From: Octopus vulgaris
Lineage: Eukaryota
Length of the DNA stretch: 64,000 nucleotides
Direction: 5' to 3'
Assembly (NCBI GenBank): GCA_951406725.2
Contig: OX597817.1
Span: forward strand, 165,292,001-165,356,000
Shown here: positions 29,156 through 43,249 of the stretch, one piece after another
Layout: every line of letters begins with the position of its first letter
Numbering within the stretch: the stretch's first letter is position 1
The notes under the pieces: model-generated
Told to the model about the DNA's origin: nothing
Seen by the model: the letters and a program-made list of their open reading frames with translations, nothing else
The model's database searches: none
Translations under genes and position numbers: made by a program

Positions 29156-29525
29156 ATTATATTAAATTAGAGACAAAACCACTATTAGGCAAATCATACA
29201 ATGAAAAACTTAAGCCAATACATAAGATTAATTAATTAATTTAAACCACCTGAAGAATGACTGTAACTCGAAAATTTTAAGAATTGAACACCCATGAAAC
29301 GATCGTAGTGTTATATTAATTGTCTTTTTTAATAATTTTGATATATATTTAAATAATATAAATTAATTAATCTTATGTATTGGCTTAAGTTTTTCATTGT
29401 ATGATTTGCCTTATAGTGGTTTTGTCTCTAATTTAATATAATATAATATTTTACTACAAAATTGGATTTAATCCTAAATCTGATTTTTCCCTGTAAGTTT
29501 GGATTTATTCCCTAATATTTTATTA
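29153..29525 (+). mobile_element. Fold-back Penelope-like element with tail
   Basis: Inverted arms ~29153-29240 and ~29360-29448; tail homologous to 4903-4976; (TA)n flanks. Confidence 0.78.
29247..29310 (+). ncRNA. Type I hammerhead ribozyme
   Basis: CAC-CTGAAGA-ATG...CAT-GAAAC-GATC-GTA-GTG. Confidence 0.72.
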
Positions 29526-29598
29526 TATGTATATATATATATATACACACTCACATACATGCGTAAATGTATATATATGCGCGTCTGTGTGTACGTGT

Positions 29599-29633
<35 letters not shown>

Positions 29634-29962
29634 TTTGTGTGCATGTGTGTGTGTGTGCCTGTGTATGTCCGTAGGCAAATGTGAAGGTGTCTAGTCCAGC
29701 TGCTAATTGCTGCCCTTAAGATCGGAATTTCCTTGTTTCGGTTCCCGAACCAGCAATATGATTTGTCCTTCAGCAAAGTACTTCATTTCAGGTTGCCCCA
29801 GGTAATTATCCTGTAAACAGTTAATCCTGCCATGCCACAGAGCGACTTTTCTATCACAGGGGATGTTGACCTGCCTGCCTGCCTGCCTGCCTAGGCAACT
29901 GGGTAACATCATTTGAAAGCCGCAATATGCATCGTGGTTAGTGGTGTATAAAAATCTCCAAA

Positions 29963-30178
29963 GGTGGTGAGCTGGCAGAAACGTTAGCACGCCGTGCAAA
30001 TTGCTTAGCGGTATTTCGTCTGTCTTTACGTTCTGAGTTCAAATTCCGCCGAGGTCGACTTTGCTTTTTATCCTTTCAGGGTCAATAAATTAAGTACCAG
30101 TTGCGTACTGGAGTCAATCTAATTGACTGGCCCCCTCCCCAAATATTTCGGGCTTTTTGCCTAGAATAGAAAAGAATA
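29963..30178 (+). mobile_element. SINE family B
   Basis: Matches the family B head. Confidence 0.85.
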
Positions 30179-30231
30179 TCTGCTAATCTTGTCGATACAG
30201 TAATAAAAATGGTACATATTCTCTTTTTTTT

Positions 30232-30436
30232 TACTCTTTTTTACTTGTTTCAGTCATATGACTGCGGCCATGCTGGAGCACCGCCTTTAGTCGAGCAAAT
30301 CGACCCCGGGACTTATTCTTTGTAAGCCCAGTACTTATTCTATCGGTCTCTTTTGCCGAACCGCTAAATGACGGAGACGTAAACACACCAGCATCGGCTG
30401 TCAAGCAATGCTAGGGGGACAAACACAGACACACAA

Positions 30437-30473
<37 letters not shown>

Positions 30474-30645
30474 CATATATACGACAGGCTTCTTTCAGTT
30501 TCCGTCTACCAAATCCACTCACAAAGCATTGGTCGGCCCGGGGCTATATCAGAAGACACTTGCTCATGATGCCACGCAGCGGGACTGAACCCGAAACCAT
30601 GTGGTTGGTTAGCAAGCTACTTACCACACAGCCACTATTGCGCCT
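30232..30645 (-). mobile_element. SINE family A, full length
   Basis: Matches 41673-42090. A diverged second copy lies at ~30860-31210. Confidence 0.88.
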
Positions 30646-31524
30646 ATATATATGCATATATCTGTTAGTGCTGATTGCACAGTTTCGTTCCCCAAACTAC
30701 AATTTCGCATTCCCTTTTGCCATTATCCTTAACAGCAATGGATAAAACATTACTTTTTAAACTCCTTTCGGTATTACTGGATCCCCTTAGCAAAGCATTA
30801 TCAAAGAAAAGAAAATACTACAGCAGTCCATTGGTTATAGTATTTAACGTAATCACATTCCTTTATTCTTTTAATTATTTGACTGTAGCCGTGCTGGAGC
30901 ACCGCCTTATAATGTTTTTAATCAAAGAAATCGACTTATTCTATCCGTGTCTTTTGCCGAACTGTGAAGTTACAGAGACGTTAACACACCAACATCAGAT
31001 GTCAAGGATGGTGGGAGCAAACACAGACACACAGACACACACGCTCACACACACATATACGACAGGTTTCTTTCAGTCTTCCTCCGTCAAAAGGCTGTGG
31101 TTGGCTCGATGCTATACTAAAAGACACATGCCGAAGGTGCCACGCAGTCGGACTGAACTCGGAATCATGTGCTTGAGAAGCAAGCTTCTTACCACACAGC
31201 CACGCCTACGCCAATGGGCATATTTTCTTTCGAAGTTCATTGCTCCATCAGGCCTTCTATGCATCCAACTTTTGGATAATGAAAATTATCTGAGTCCTCG
31301 CCCTTACGATTTTTGAGTGGAACTTCCTTTAAAGAATGCGAAATTTGTACTCATTTCCATTATACTTTCAACTGAAAAAAATCTCCCTAAATTCTCCACT
31401 GTTATACGAATATGTTTGGTTTTCTATATACATTTACATACATGAAAGTAAATCAGGTGCTCTCTCGAGTACTAGAACTCATAATGCTGGTTAACCGGTT
31501 TCTATAGAGTATAAGTAATCGATT

Positions 31525-31828
31525 GGAGGCGCAATGGTCCAGTGGTTAGGACTCACGGTCGGAGGATCGCGGTTTCGATTCCTAGATCGGACGTTGTGTG
31601 TGTTTATTGAGCGAAAACACCTAAAGCTCTCACGAGTCTCCGGCAAGGGGTGATGGCGAACCTTGTCGTACTCTTTCGCCCCAACTTTCTCTCACTCTTT
31701 CTTCATGTTTCTTGAGTAACGCTGCGATGGGCTGGCGTCTCGCCCAGCTAGATGGTGGGGACACATACACCACAGAAACAGGGAACCCGGTCCCATGAAT
31801 CTGGCCAAGCTTGAAAAGGGCGCATAGA
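31525..31828 (+). mobile_element. SINE family C
   Basis: Similar to 3635-3921. Confidence 0.8.
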
Positions 31829-32082
31829 TAAATAAAAAAAAAATGACTAATCGAGATGACAATATTGCTCCTGAACGCGATAGGACAACAACAATGTGAA
31901 ATGAAGTGTCTTGCTCAAGTGCACAACGCAACGCCCGGTCACAAGTGCGTCAGCCTAACCACTGGGCCACGCACTCTCACACATACATTCATAATTCATA
32001 CATACGCATATATACATATATATGTGTGTGACTGTTTTTGTGTGTGTGTGGGCATGTATGTATGTATGTACGTATGTATGTA

Positions 32083-32118
<36 letters not shown>

Positions 32119-32123
<5 letters not shown>

Positions 32124-32489
32124 ATATATAAACGGCAGTTTGTCTGTGTGTGTTTCTGTGTGTCTGTTTTCTCGTACCCTCACTCTGACCACGGCTTTCA
32201 ACCAATTCTGATGAAACTTAACACACACATAGCCCAATGTCATAATTCAAAACTAACGCAGCGAAAATTTTGAAAAGTTCCCCCAGTTCTGAAAAAAATC
32301 GATAAATTCGACATGGGGTCGAGAATCAGAAATACAAACCACAGACTGTCTAGGGGACGCAACTCGACCTTTTTAACTCTCAAAAAAAATTTACCATAAT
32401 TTTTTTGCTATTTTTTGGCTATAACTCTCTAAAAATGCTTTATAGTTATTTCCCTTACAAACCCGAGCAACGCCGGGCGATACTGCTAG
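32119..32489 (+). mobile_element. Non-autonomous Helitron-like element, copy 1
   Basis: 5' TC, 3' CTAG, subterminal hairpin CCCGAGC-AAC-GCCGGG, inserted between A and T, no TSD. Confidence 0.82.
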
Positions 32490-32520
<31 letters not shown>

Positions 32521-32673
32521 GAAGGCTGCGCGCACAAGTTTGCTTATTTAGATTAGTCTATGTTTTGCTCATTTGTAATTGTAAAAGAACCTTGTAGACC
32601 TGAAAGCTTTGTTTGTTTTGCAGAGTTCAACTTGGTGCATGTCCAAGCTAGTTACTGAATAGTTGCACTGAAC

Positions 32674-32749
<76 letters not shown>

Positions 32750-32752
<3 letters not shown>

Positions 32753-33128
32753 ATATAAACGGCAGTTTGTCTGTCTGTGTGTCAGTGTGTCTGTCAGGTT
32801 GTACCCTCACCCTGACCACGGCTTTCAACCGATTCTGATGAAACTTGACACACACATAGCCCAATGTCATAATTCAAAACTAACGCAGCGAAAATTTTGA
32901 AAAGTTCCCCCAGTTCTGGAAAAAAATCGATAAATTCGACATGGGGTCGAGAATCAGAAACCCAAACCGCAAACTTTGTAGGTGACGCAACTCCACCTTT
33001 TTTAACTATCAAAAAAAATTTACCATAATTTTTTCCTTTTTTTTTGCTATTTTTTGGCTATAACTCTCTAAAAATGCTTTATAGTTATTTCCCTTACAAA
33101 CCTGAGCAACGCCGGGCGATACTGCTAG
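32750..33128 (+). mobile_element. Non-autonomous Helitron-like element, copy 2
   Basis: Same termini and body as copy 1. Confidence 0.82.
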
Positions 33129-33140
33129 TATATATATATA

Positions 33141-34654
33141 CGGAACTACGCTAATATTTTAGGAGTGAAATTTAGGATTTCTCGGTTTTCTCTGAATCGA
33201 TTTTGATAAAACTTTTCCCAGCTAGTTTGCACACTATGGCAACACCATTGTTATGTTTCCATTATTCTGTGTAACGTCCTTTCTTTTTTATTTCAGATTC
33301 TTCAGCTTTGGATAAACCACGCTAATAGCTTTTGAATAAAAATAGCCCATCTAGACATTTTTTCCAGAAAATGAAGGGTAATGATACATATTAAACATAC
33401 ATTGAGTATATATTTAACAGAAAACCATAATCATATTGTAACATTTATTGACATAATGAATTATTTAGTCAAATGAGCGCCATTTCAACAGATAACGTCA
33501 AAAACCCTATTAGTTATAGAATCTGTCAATTTCTTTATATTAGCAGGCTGGATTGCCTCTGCTGCAGCTTTGATGGTCGCCCATAAAACATCTTTCGGCG
33601 TAAATTGGCGTAAATTGTTTAATAATGGACCAAATGTTTTCTATACGGTTGAGATCCGGAGATGCTGGCGGCCACACCATCAACCTTTCACCTTTTATGC
33701 TATAAGATCCTAGCAATATTTGGGGATGGGGAGCGTTGTCATGCATAAATACCAGATTCTTTAGAAGTGACAATGGTATGTCATCTAGCCAAGGATTTAA
33801 GACTTCCTGCAGGAGATTGCATTTGGCGGCTGCGGTCACTTTAACCCCTTCAGACACCCTGTCTGGGCCAACAAGTCTGTTCCCAATGATACCAGCTCAC
33901 AACTTGACCCCCCCCCGCTGTTGTTGACGTCGTAAACGTTGGTGACGCTCATCTCCAAAATAGACCCAACCATTTGCCCAACCGTCAAGTCCGACAAGGC
34001 TCACCCTGGTTTCGTCAGTGAACAGAACACAAATCATGCCTAACTTCATATAATTTTGGGGCCATTGAAGCCTCAAACTCCTGTGACGAGGCGTTAAAGA
34101 GGCAGTATCAAGGGTTCCCGCACGGAAGTCATGGTTCTGAGGATGCAATTTCCGGTGGTATTCGGTATATAAGGAAGTTCGGAGGCGGTGAAAATGGCTT
34201 TACTTGTTTGTCCAGGTCTCTCACGTAACTTGCAGCCAATATTCGTTCAATCCCTAGCTGTCACAGTCTTGGAGGTTCCACAATCGGATCGTTTCTTTCT
34301 TGGCGAAGGGTCCTTTAGGAATCGTCTAACCGTGTCCACACGACGGTCTAACTTCTATGCAATGACATGGAGTAGTGCATTAAGCACTTTTCTTGTTGAT
34401 GACAGACTTTTCATCGTTAAGGCCTTTTCCATGACCCATTGTTCTTGGAGAGGAAAGACGCTATTAGCCTGATTCACCCAAAAACTGAATAATCTAAAAT
34501 AAAACAAAAGAGAAAGGACGTTACATAGAATAATTAAAACATAACAATGGTGTTGCCAAAGTGTGCAAACCAGGTGGGAAAAGTTTTATCAAAATCGATT
34601 CAGAGAAAAGTGAGAAATCCTAAATTTTACTCCTAAGCTATTAGTGTGTTTCTG
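33141..34654 (-). mobile_element. Tc1-family DNA transposon with ~190 bp TIRs; decayed transposase at ~33470-34439
   Basis: TIRs 33141-33330 and 34461-34654; motifs VLFTDETR, FMHDNAP and WPPASPDLNRIENIWS (DDE triad); frameshifted. Confidence 0.9.
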
Positions 34655-34655
34655 G

Positions 34656-34697
<42 letters not shown>

Positions 34698-35180
34698 ATA
34701 TTGTTATATTTCGGAATGGTCATTTTGCCAGTTTAGCCAATAAAAACACACGCACTATATATTTGGTGTTGTTTTGCTTCAGTGTTATTTACTTTTTACA
34801 TTAATCTTAATCCTATTTCGGCCAGAGTTCTTTCGTCACACTCCTGTGACCGCATCAGTGGTCCTTTGTTTTCTTCTTTCTTATTTGTGTCTCTCCTTAC
34901 TAACCGTCAGCCATTTTGTATTTTGACGGTTAGTAAGGAGAGACACAAATAAGAAAGAAGAAAACAAAGGACCACTGATGCGGTCACAGGAGTGTGACGA
35001 AAGAACTCTGGCCGAAATAAGATTAAGATTAATGTAAAAAATAAATAACACTGAACCAAAACAACACCAAATATATAGTGCGTGTGTTTTTATTGGCTAA
35101 ACTGGCAATATGACCATTCCGAAATATAACAATATCTGTTTCAACACACGAGTTCACATAAAAAATCTTGCACAACAAAT
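34698..35180 (+). mobile_element. Fold-back element: ~212 bp arms, 14 nt loop, ~45 bp tail, hammerhead-like motif
   Basis: 34698-34909 is approximately the reverse complement of 34924-35135. Confidence 0.82.
34972..35011 (+). ncRNA. Non-canonical hammerhead-like motif
   Basis: CCA-CTGATGC-G-GTCAC-aggagt-GTGAC-GAAA-GAAC-TC-TGG; same motif in the inverted arm. Confidence 0.55.
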
Positions 35181-35193
35181 ATATAAACGTATA

Positions 35194-35578
35194 TCTCTAT
35201 ATATATAAACGGCAGTTTGTCTGTGCGTGTTTCTGTGTGTCTGTTTGCTTGTACCCTCACCCTGACCACGGCTTTCAACCGATTCTGATGAAACCTGACA
35301 CACACATAGCCCAATGTCATAATTCAAAACTAACGCAGCGAAAATTTTGAAAAGTTCCCCCAGTTCTGAAAAAAATCGATAAATTCGACATGGGGTCGAC
35401 AATGAGAAACACAAACCACAAACTGTCTAGGGGACGCAACTCTACCTTTTTTAAATCTCAAAAAAAAAATTACCATCATTTTTTTCCATTTTTTTGCTAT
35501 TTTTTGGCTATAACTCTCTAAAAATGCTTTATAGTTATTTCCCTTACAAACCCGAGCAACGCCGGGCGATACTGCTAG
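35194..35578 (+). mobile_element. Non-autonomous Helitron-like element, copy 3
   Basis: Same termini and body as copies 1 and 2. Confidence 0.82.
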
Positions 35579-35602
35579 TGTATATATATATATATATATA
35601 TA

Positions 35603-36000
35603 CCAATAACGTAAATTCTTATGGCCACAATCGATCATGGGTACCTGTACATCCTCACATGTATGTGCAGTCCTGTGCAATGTTCCTTGAGGAATCTGGC
35701 AATTGTCTGTGTGTGCCAGTGTATTTGAAGGTGAAACTAAGCATTAGTGTTATGGCGGATTTTACATTCAGAATACAAACCATCGTAAAAGACAGCTAAA
35801 AGCATTGCACCCGACAGCCTAACACTTTCGCTGATCCACTGCAGTTTATTATTATCACCGAATCAAAGAGAAAGCTGGCTCTGTCGAGACTTGAATTCTG
35901 ATCGCAGATAATCGTGGGTAATCCCATCCATCTATAAGATGACTCTGACAACTCGTCGCCTCAAAATACCATGTGTGTGTGTGTGTGTATGTATGTATAT

Positions 36001-36038
<38 letters not shown>

Positions 36039-38286
36039 ACAGTGAATGCATATCCTATCAAAATTTGAGGAACTCGAAGAGACGGTAAATAAGATCCAGA
36101 TTATTCATGTTAAAACTAACGCTTAACCCACACCAGAAATTTTCATATCGATATTAACTATTCCTCCGAGGTCGACCTTCCCTTTCGTCATTTCGGGTTC
36201 GATAAAATAAATACCAGTTGAGTACTGGGGTGAGTGAACTCGACTTACCTTCACCACCGAATTTGCTGACCATGAGCCAAAATTTGAAACCAGTATTAAC
36301 TATGACCTTAGGGCGGCGAACTGGCTGAATCGTTAGCACACTGGACAAAATGCATACGTCCTGAGTTCAAATTCCGCCGAGCATGACTATGCCTTTTATC
36401 CTTTCGAGGCCGGTAAAATAAGTAACAGTTGAGCACTGGGGTCAATGTAATCAACTTACCCACTCTCTTGAAGTTGCTGGCCTTGTGCCAACATTTGAAA
36501 CCAATGTTAACAATGACCTCTTCTGTTTTATGCAAAAGCAATATGACAGCCTTAACGTGGCTCAAAACAACCTTTGAATGTTGCATCATATCCTTGCGAT
36601 AACATCTACTAATTACCAAGTTTTGAAGTAGATCAATGGATCGTGTCTTCATACATGAAGCAATTAACAACATGAGAGCTGGAAAGCTTCTCCATAAGTA
36701 TTCCGTGGCTACTGAACAAGAATACAACTTAGAGAATTTTCACAATTCTACCATAACATGTCGTTATGCATATAAGCGGAATTTCATGCATAATTATGAG
36801 ACCAGATAGCTTCAAATTGACAGTAACATACAAAACATGCGTAATCTATCTTGGACCAAAGAACCAGAATGCTGGATCTTTCTATATACGATTGACTTTG
36901 TGGGGAATGGTTTTAATCATCTGAGAGATAAACAATGCCCATAAAAGATAGCGACAATATATCGAATAATACATTTCTAACATGTCTATGAAAACCACAA
37001 ATAATAAATATAACAACTTTACAATTCTTTGTTTCTCTTTTTTGGTTATCTAGGAAAGCATTGGGTGTTACAGTTTTCATGCTGCAAATATATTTTTGTA
37101 CTTCAAGGATGATGCAATTCACTAAGTATGTGACGAAAATCTGCAGTCATTCAAGTCAACTAAAGTGTGTAAGTATTATAGTAAGAAACAACTCATCAAG
37201 CTGTAGGTAAGCAACCCCGTTAAGTAATATTAATGCTGCTGTATCCGCCACAAAGTACAGTCCTTTCTATGTGATGGCTTGCATGCCTCAGTGGTCCTGA
37301 GAGATATGTCAGCGGAGAGCAGGCTCCTGGTAGCCGCCCCCACCGCAAATCTACCATGCTGAACAGGTCAAAGGATAGAGGCCAAACTTATATAGGCAGC
37401 ATTTTTCAAGTGCGTTGGGCCAACACACCTGTCTCAGCAAAAGCAAATTACAGAAACAGCAATGGTTATTGAAAACCAAACGACCTGGGAGAGAAAAGGC
37501 CTTCCCTCAGAAAAATATGTGACGCTCGAAAAATAGATGGAGGTGGGATACTGAAGCAAATCTGAAAAAAAGAAAAGAGTCAAGTGGAGAGTAGCAGAAA
37601 AAATAGCCAGGAGTCGATAAGAGTGGAGAAAAGCTAATGATGGTCTATGCTCCACAGGGAAATAAGAGCTTAAATAAGCAAGAAATGTTGTTATGGGAGA
37701 GTTTTGTACAAGATGTCGTACTACACCTAGCGTTGAGTAGGGATTGCAGATGTCTATCGCTTCCAAAAGAAGCAACAACATTCACAAACAGCCAGTATAA
37801 AATGACTATAATTCTAGTCAAGATAGATTTAAGCCACCTTCAGTTGTCTTCGAAATTTTCAAATGGCTTCTCTCACACGTATCTCTATTGGTTGGGTTGA
37901 AGGAAAAGCCACATAAGCTTGAGAAAAGCAACCGGATGCAGAGGTTGCCAAGAGAGTCAGGAATGTTAGACTCAAAAGGTTTCTTGGGTACGTTGTATTC
38001 TTGCTGAGTTCATAATTCCTTGTAAACAGCTATGGATTTGTGGCTTGTCAAAGTGTTCAATCTGGCCTTAAGTAAATACCTAGATGCTTGTAGTGAATAC
38101 ATGTCGATATATTTAAACTAGTTTTAGCGGGTGTACTCAGAAATAGGTCTAGTGTATTAAGCTAAGAGAATCACTGTTGTAAATTAACGATTGATGTGCT
38201 GGATTGTTGCGCCGAGTGCAATTACTTCTGCGAAATGTAAAAATGCATAGGAACATTGACTTATACAGATGGGAAAACTGTCTATC
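35603..38286 (+). repeat. Segmental tandem duplication, copy 1 (~2.7 kb)
   Basis: Nearly identical to 38744-41435 with scattered SNPs. Confidence 0.95.
37270..37672 (+). mobile_element. Old bipartite RTE-derived non-autonomous element (duplicated at ~40420-40822)
   Basis: RTE-like 5' UTR motif (GCTCCTGGTAG...CAGGTCAAAGG.TAGAGGCCA) joined to an ORF end WRVAEKIARSR*EWRKANDGLCST. Confidence 0.55.
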
Positions 38287-38292
38287 GCAAAA

Positions 38293-38684
38293 GGATATAA
38301 CTTAGAGAAGGAATAGTCACTATATGGAATAAATTATTTTTTATTTTTATTTCCTTTTTAGTTATTTATTAATGAGAATTTTTTGTTACTGATATGAAAT
38401 GTACGTATAACTATGTTCATATATATTTATAAAAGATATAATGTTTGGTAAGTAGCTTGCTTACCATCCACATGGTTCCGGGTTCATTCCTACTGCGTGG
38501 CACCTTGAGCAAGTGTCTTCTACTATAGCCTCGGGTCAACCAAAGCCTTGTGAGTGAATTTGATAGACGGAAACTGAAAGAAGCCCGCCGTATATATGTA
38601 TAAATATGTATATGCGTGTGTATACGTTTGTGTGTCTTTGCTCGTCCCCGCAACATCGCTTGGCAGCAGATGGTGGTGAGTTTA
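38293..38684. repeat. Inverted copy of 43403-43794 at the duplication junction
   Basis: Reverse complement match covers both the SINE part and its unique flank; identical 79 aa ORFs in the track. Confidence 0.93.
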
Positions 38685-38704
38685 AGTGAGTTTAAGTGTC
38701 TAAG

Positions 38705-38743
<39 letters not shown>

Positions 38744-38745
<2 letters not shown>

Positions 38746-39132
38746 AATAACGTAAATTCTTATGGCCACAATCGATCATGGGTACCTGTACATCCTCACA
38801 TGTATGTGCAGTCCTGTGCAATGTTCCTTGAGGAATCTGACAATTGTCTGTGTGTGCCAGTGTATTTGAAGGTGAAACTAAGCATTAGTGTTATGGCGGA
38901 TTTTACATTCAGAATACAAACCATCGTAAAAGACAGCTAAAAGCATTGCACCCGACAGCCTAACACTTTCGCTGATCCACTGCAGTTTATTATTATCACC
39001 GAATCAAAGAGAAGGCTGGCTCTGTCGAGACTTGAATTCTGATCGCAGATAATCGTGGGTAATCCCATCCATCTATAAGATGACTCTGACAACTCGTCGC
39101 CTCAAAATACCATGTGTGTGTGTGTGTATGTT

Positions 39133-39189
<57 letters not shown>

Positions 39190-41435
39190 ACAGTGAATGC
39201 ATATCCTATCAAAATTTGAGGAACTCGAAGAGACGGTAAATAAGATCCAGATTATTCATGTTAAAACTAACGCTTAACCCACACCAGAAATTTTCATATC
39301 AATATTAACTATTCCTCCGAGGTCGACCTTCCCTTTCGTCATTTCGGGTTCGATAAAATAAATACCAGTTGAGTACTGGGGTGAGTGAACTCGACTTACC
39401 TTCACCACCGAATTTGCTGACCATGAGCCAAAATTTGAAACCAGTATTAACTATGACCTTAGGGCGGCGAACTGGCTGAATCGTTAGCACACTGGACAAA
39501 ATGCATACGTCCTGAGTTCAAATTCCGCCGAGCATGACTATGCCTTTTATCCTTTCGAGGCCGATAAAATAAGTATCAGTTTAGCACTGGGGTCAATGTA
39601 ATCAACTTACCCACTCTCTTGAAGTTGCTGGCCTTGTGCCAAAATTTGAAACCAATGTTAACAATGACCTTTTCTGTTTTATGCAAAAGCAATATGACAG
39701 CCTTAACGTGGCTCAAAACAACCTTTGAATGTTGCATCATATCCTTGCGATAACATCTACTAATTACCCAGTTTTGAAGTAGATCAATGGATCGTGTCTT
39801 CATATATGAAGCAATTAACAACATGAGAGCTGGAAAGCTTCTCCATAAGTATTCCGTGGCTACTGAACAAGAATACAACTTAGAGAATTTTCACAATCCT
39901 ACCATAACATGTCGTTATGCATATAAGCGGAATTTCATGCATAATTATGAGACCAGAAAGCTTCAAATTGACAGTAACATACAAAACATGCGTAATCTAT
40001 CTTGGACCAAAGAAACAGAATGCTAGATCTTTCTATATACGATTGACTTTGTGGGGAATGGTTTTAATCATCTGAGAGATAAACAATGCCCATAAAAGAT
40101 AGCGACAATATATCGAATAATACATTTCTAACATGTCTATGAAAACCACAAATAATAAATATAACAACTTTACAATTCTTTGTTTCTCTTTTTTGGTTAT
40201 CTAGGAAAGCATTGGGTGTTACAGTTTTCATGCTGCAAATATATTTTTGTACTTCAAGGATGATGCAATTCACTAAGTATGTGACGAAAATCTGCAGTCA
40301 TTCAAGTCAACTAAAGTGTGTAAGTATTATAGTAAGAAACAACTCATCAAGCTGTAGGTAAGCAACCCCGTTAAGTAATATTAATGCTGCTGTATCCACC
40401 ACAAAGTACAGTCCTTTCTATGTGATGGCTTGCATGCCTCAGTGGTCCTGAGAGATATGTCAGCGGAGAGCAGGCTCCTGGTAGCCGCCCCCACCGCAAA
40501 TCTACCATGCTGAACAGGTCAAAGGATAGAGGCCAAACTTATATAGGCAGCATTTTTCAAGTGCGTTGGGCCAACACACCTGTCTCAGCAAAAGCAAATT
40601 ACAGAAACAGCAATGGTTATTGAAAACCAAACGACCTGGGAGAGAAAAGGCCTTCCCTCAGAAAAATATGTGACGCTCGAAAAATAGATGGAGGTGGGAT
40701 ACTGAAGCAAATCTGAAAAAGAAAAGATTCAAGTGGAGAGTAGTAGAAAAAATAGCCAGGAGTCGATAAGAGTGGAGAAAAGCTAATGATGGTCTATGCT
40801 CCATAGAGAAATAAGAGCTTAAATAAGCAAGAAATGTTGTTATGGGAGAGTTTTGTACACGATGTCGTACTACACCTAGTGTTGAGTAGGAATTGCAGAT
40901 GTCTATCGCTTCCAAAAGAAGCAACAACATTCACAAACAGCCAGTATAAAATGACTATAATTCTAGTCAAGATAGATTTAAGCCACCTTCAGTTGTCTTC
41001 GAAATTTTCAAATGGCTTCTCTCACACGTATCTCTATTGGTTGGGTTGAAGGAAAAGCCACATAAGCTTGAGAAAAGCAACCGGATGCAGAGGTTGCCAA
41101 GAGAGTCAGGAATGTTAGACTCAAAAGGTTTCTTGGGTACGTTGTATTCTTGCTGAGTTCATAATTCCTTGTAAACAGCTATGGATTTGTGGCTTGTCAA
41201 AGTGTTCAATCTGGCCTTAAGTAAATACCTAGATGCTTGTAGTGAATACATGTCGATATATTTAAACTAGTTTTAGCGGGTGTACTCAGAAATAGGTCTA
41301 GTGTATTAAGCTAAGAGAATCACTGTTGTAAATTAACGATTGATGTGCTGGATTGTTGCGCCGAGTGCAATTACTTCTGCGAAATGTAAAAATGCATAGG
41401 AACATTGACTTATACAGATGGGAAAACTGTCTATC
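38744..41435 (+). repeat. Segmental tandem duplication, copy 2
   Basis: Nearly identical to 35603-38286. Confidence 0.95.
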
Positions 41436-41672
41436 ACCATTTAAATGTTATAGAAAACCGGAGAAAAACATTAGCTGTAGATGTTCTTAAGAATAATCAA
41501 AGAAATAAAGCTTATAATCTATCTGCCAGTTACTGCCACTTTTTCTCTCTTAACACACACACACACACACACACACATCACATACACAAACAAATATATG
41601 AGTGTATAAGTGCGTGTGTATAAATGAATATATATATAGTCGAAATTTATATAAATTTACATGTAAATATAT

Positions 41673-42090
41673 ACTCTTTTACTCTTTTACTCTTTTACTT
41701 GTTTCAGTCAATTGACTGCGGCCATGCTGGAGCACCACCTTTAGTCGAGCAAATCGACCCCAGGACTAATTCTTTTTTGTAAGCCCAGTACTTATTCTAT
41801 CGGTCTCTTTTGCAGAACTGCTAAGTGACGGGGACGTAAACACACCAGCATCGGTTGTCAAGCAATGCTAGGGGGACAAACACAGACACACAAACACACA
41901 CATACCTATATATATATACATATATACGACAGGCTTCTTTCAGTTTCCATCTACCAAATCTACTCACAAGGCATTGGTCGGCCCGGGGCTATAGCAGAAG
42001 ACACTTACCCAAGATGCCACGCAGTGGGACTGAACCCGGAACCATGTGGTTGGTTAGCAAGCTACTTACCACACAGCCACTCCTGCGCCT
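41673..42090 (-). mobile_element. SINE family A, full length
   Basis: (TACTCTTT)n tail and tRNA-like head. Confidence 0.88.
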
Positions 42091-43049
42091 ATAGCCACTC
42101 CTGCACCTATGTATATATCAAAGTACAGGAGGGATAAAAATATCCAAGATTGTACTGGTTGAATATCTAACAATATAGGCACGTACATATATATATATAT
42201 ATTATTAATATTATTAAAAACCAAGACAGAAGATGGAGATAAGCTTAATAAAAGTTTATTAATACATTGACAAGATCATACCTACAATTGTTTCAATTCA
42301 TCACTTACAACATAAAATCAACCAAATTTAATTCAATTTAACTAAATCAATTTAGTTACTTACTACGAGTGAGAATATGTATGTGTATATATTATATGTA
42401 TATGTATATATATATAGGTGTGTATATACAAAGTGATGTAACATATTTAAAACATAATGAAAACGTTAAAAAGGAAGAATATACAGTACCATAAAAGTTT
42501 AAAATATATACATTAATAAAAATAGATACAGTTATTAAAAAATAGTTATAGTCATAATATAAATAATAATAATGACAATGCAGACATACCCATACATAAA
42601 TACACGTACATATATATGTATATATATACATATATACACACACACATATATGCATATACACACATATATAAATATACGAACATATATATACACATAATAT
42701 TTACACATATACATAGATACCCTTACATATAAATTTATGTGCATATATACACAATATATGCACTTACACACACATAAGCAACTAATAGGTAGATAAATAT
42801 CCACAAATATAAAATTATGAGATAGAGATAAATAAGAATAAAAATATATAAACATACAGATAAAAAATAAATATTTAGACATAAAGAAATAGACGTAAGG
42901 ATAAAAAGAATTATATATATATATATATGTATAAATATATATATTTATACACACATACTTATAAACATATGCATATATATACAAATATATGCATACATAG
43001 ACATATACATACAGATATATACATAAATAGACACATACATAAATATATT

Positions 43050-43083
<34 letters not shown>

Positions 43084-43249
43084 TGTATATATATATATCT
43101 ATATGTATATACATATGTGTATATATACATACATATATTTATATATTTTCTCACTCACACATATCACCATATATAGGAAAAAAATTAAAAAGAAAAAGAA
43201 ATAAAATGTAATCAAGTTAGTTAAAATGAGCTATCATATCTCACTCTAT

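Noticed and set aside
42275-42310. Minus-strand GAAACAATTGTA half-hammerhead
   Set aside because: No CUGANGA with a viable stem II was found nearby.
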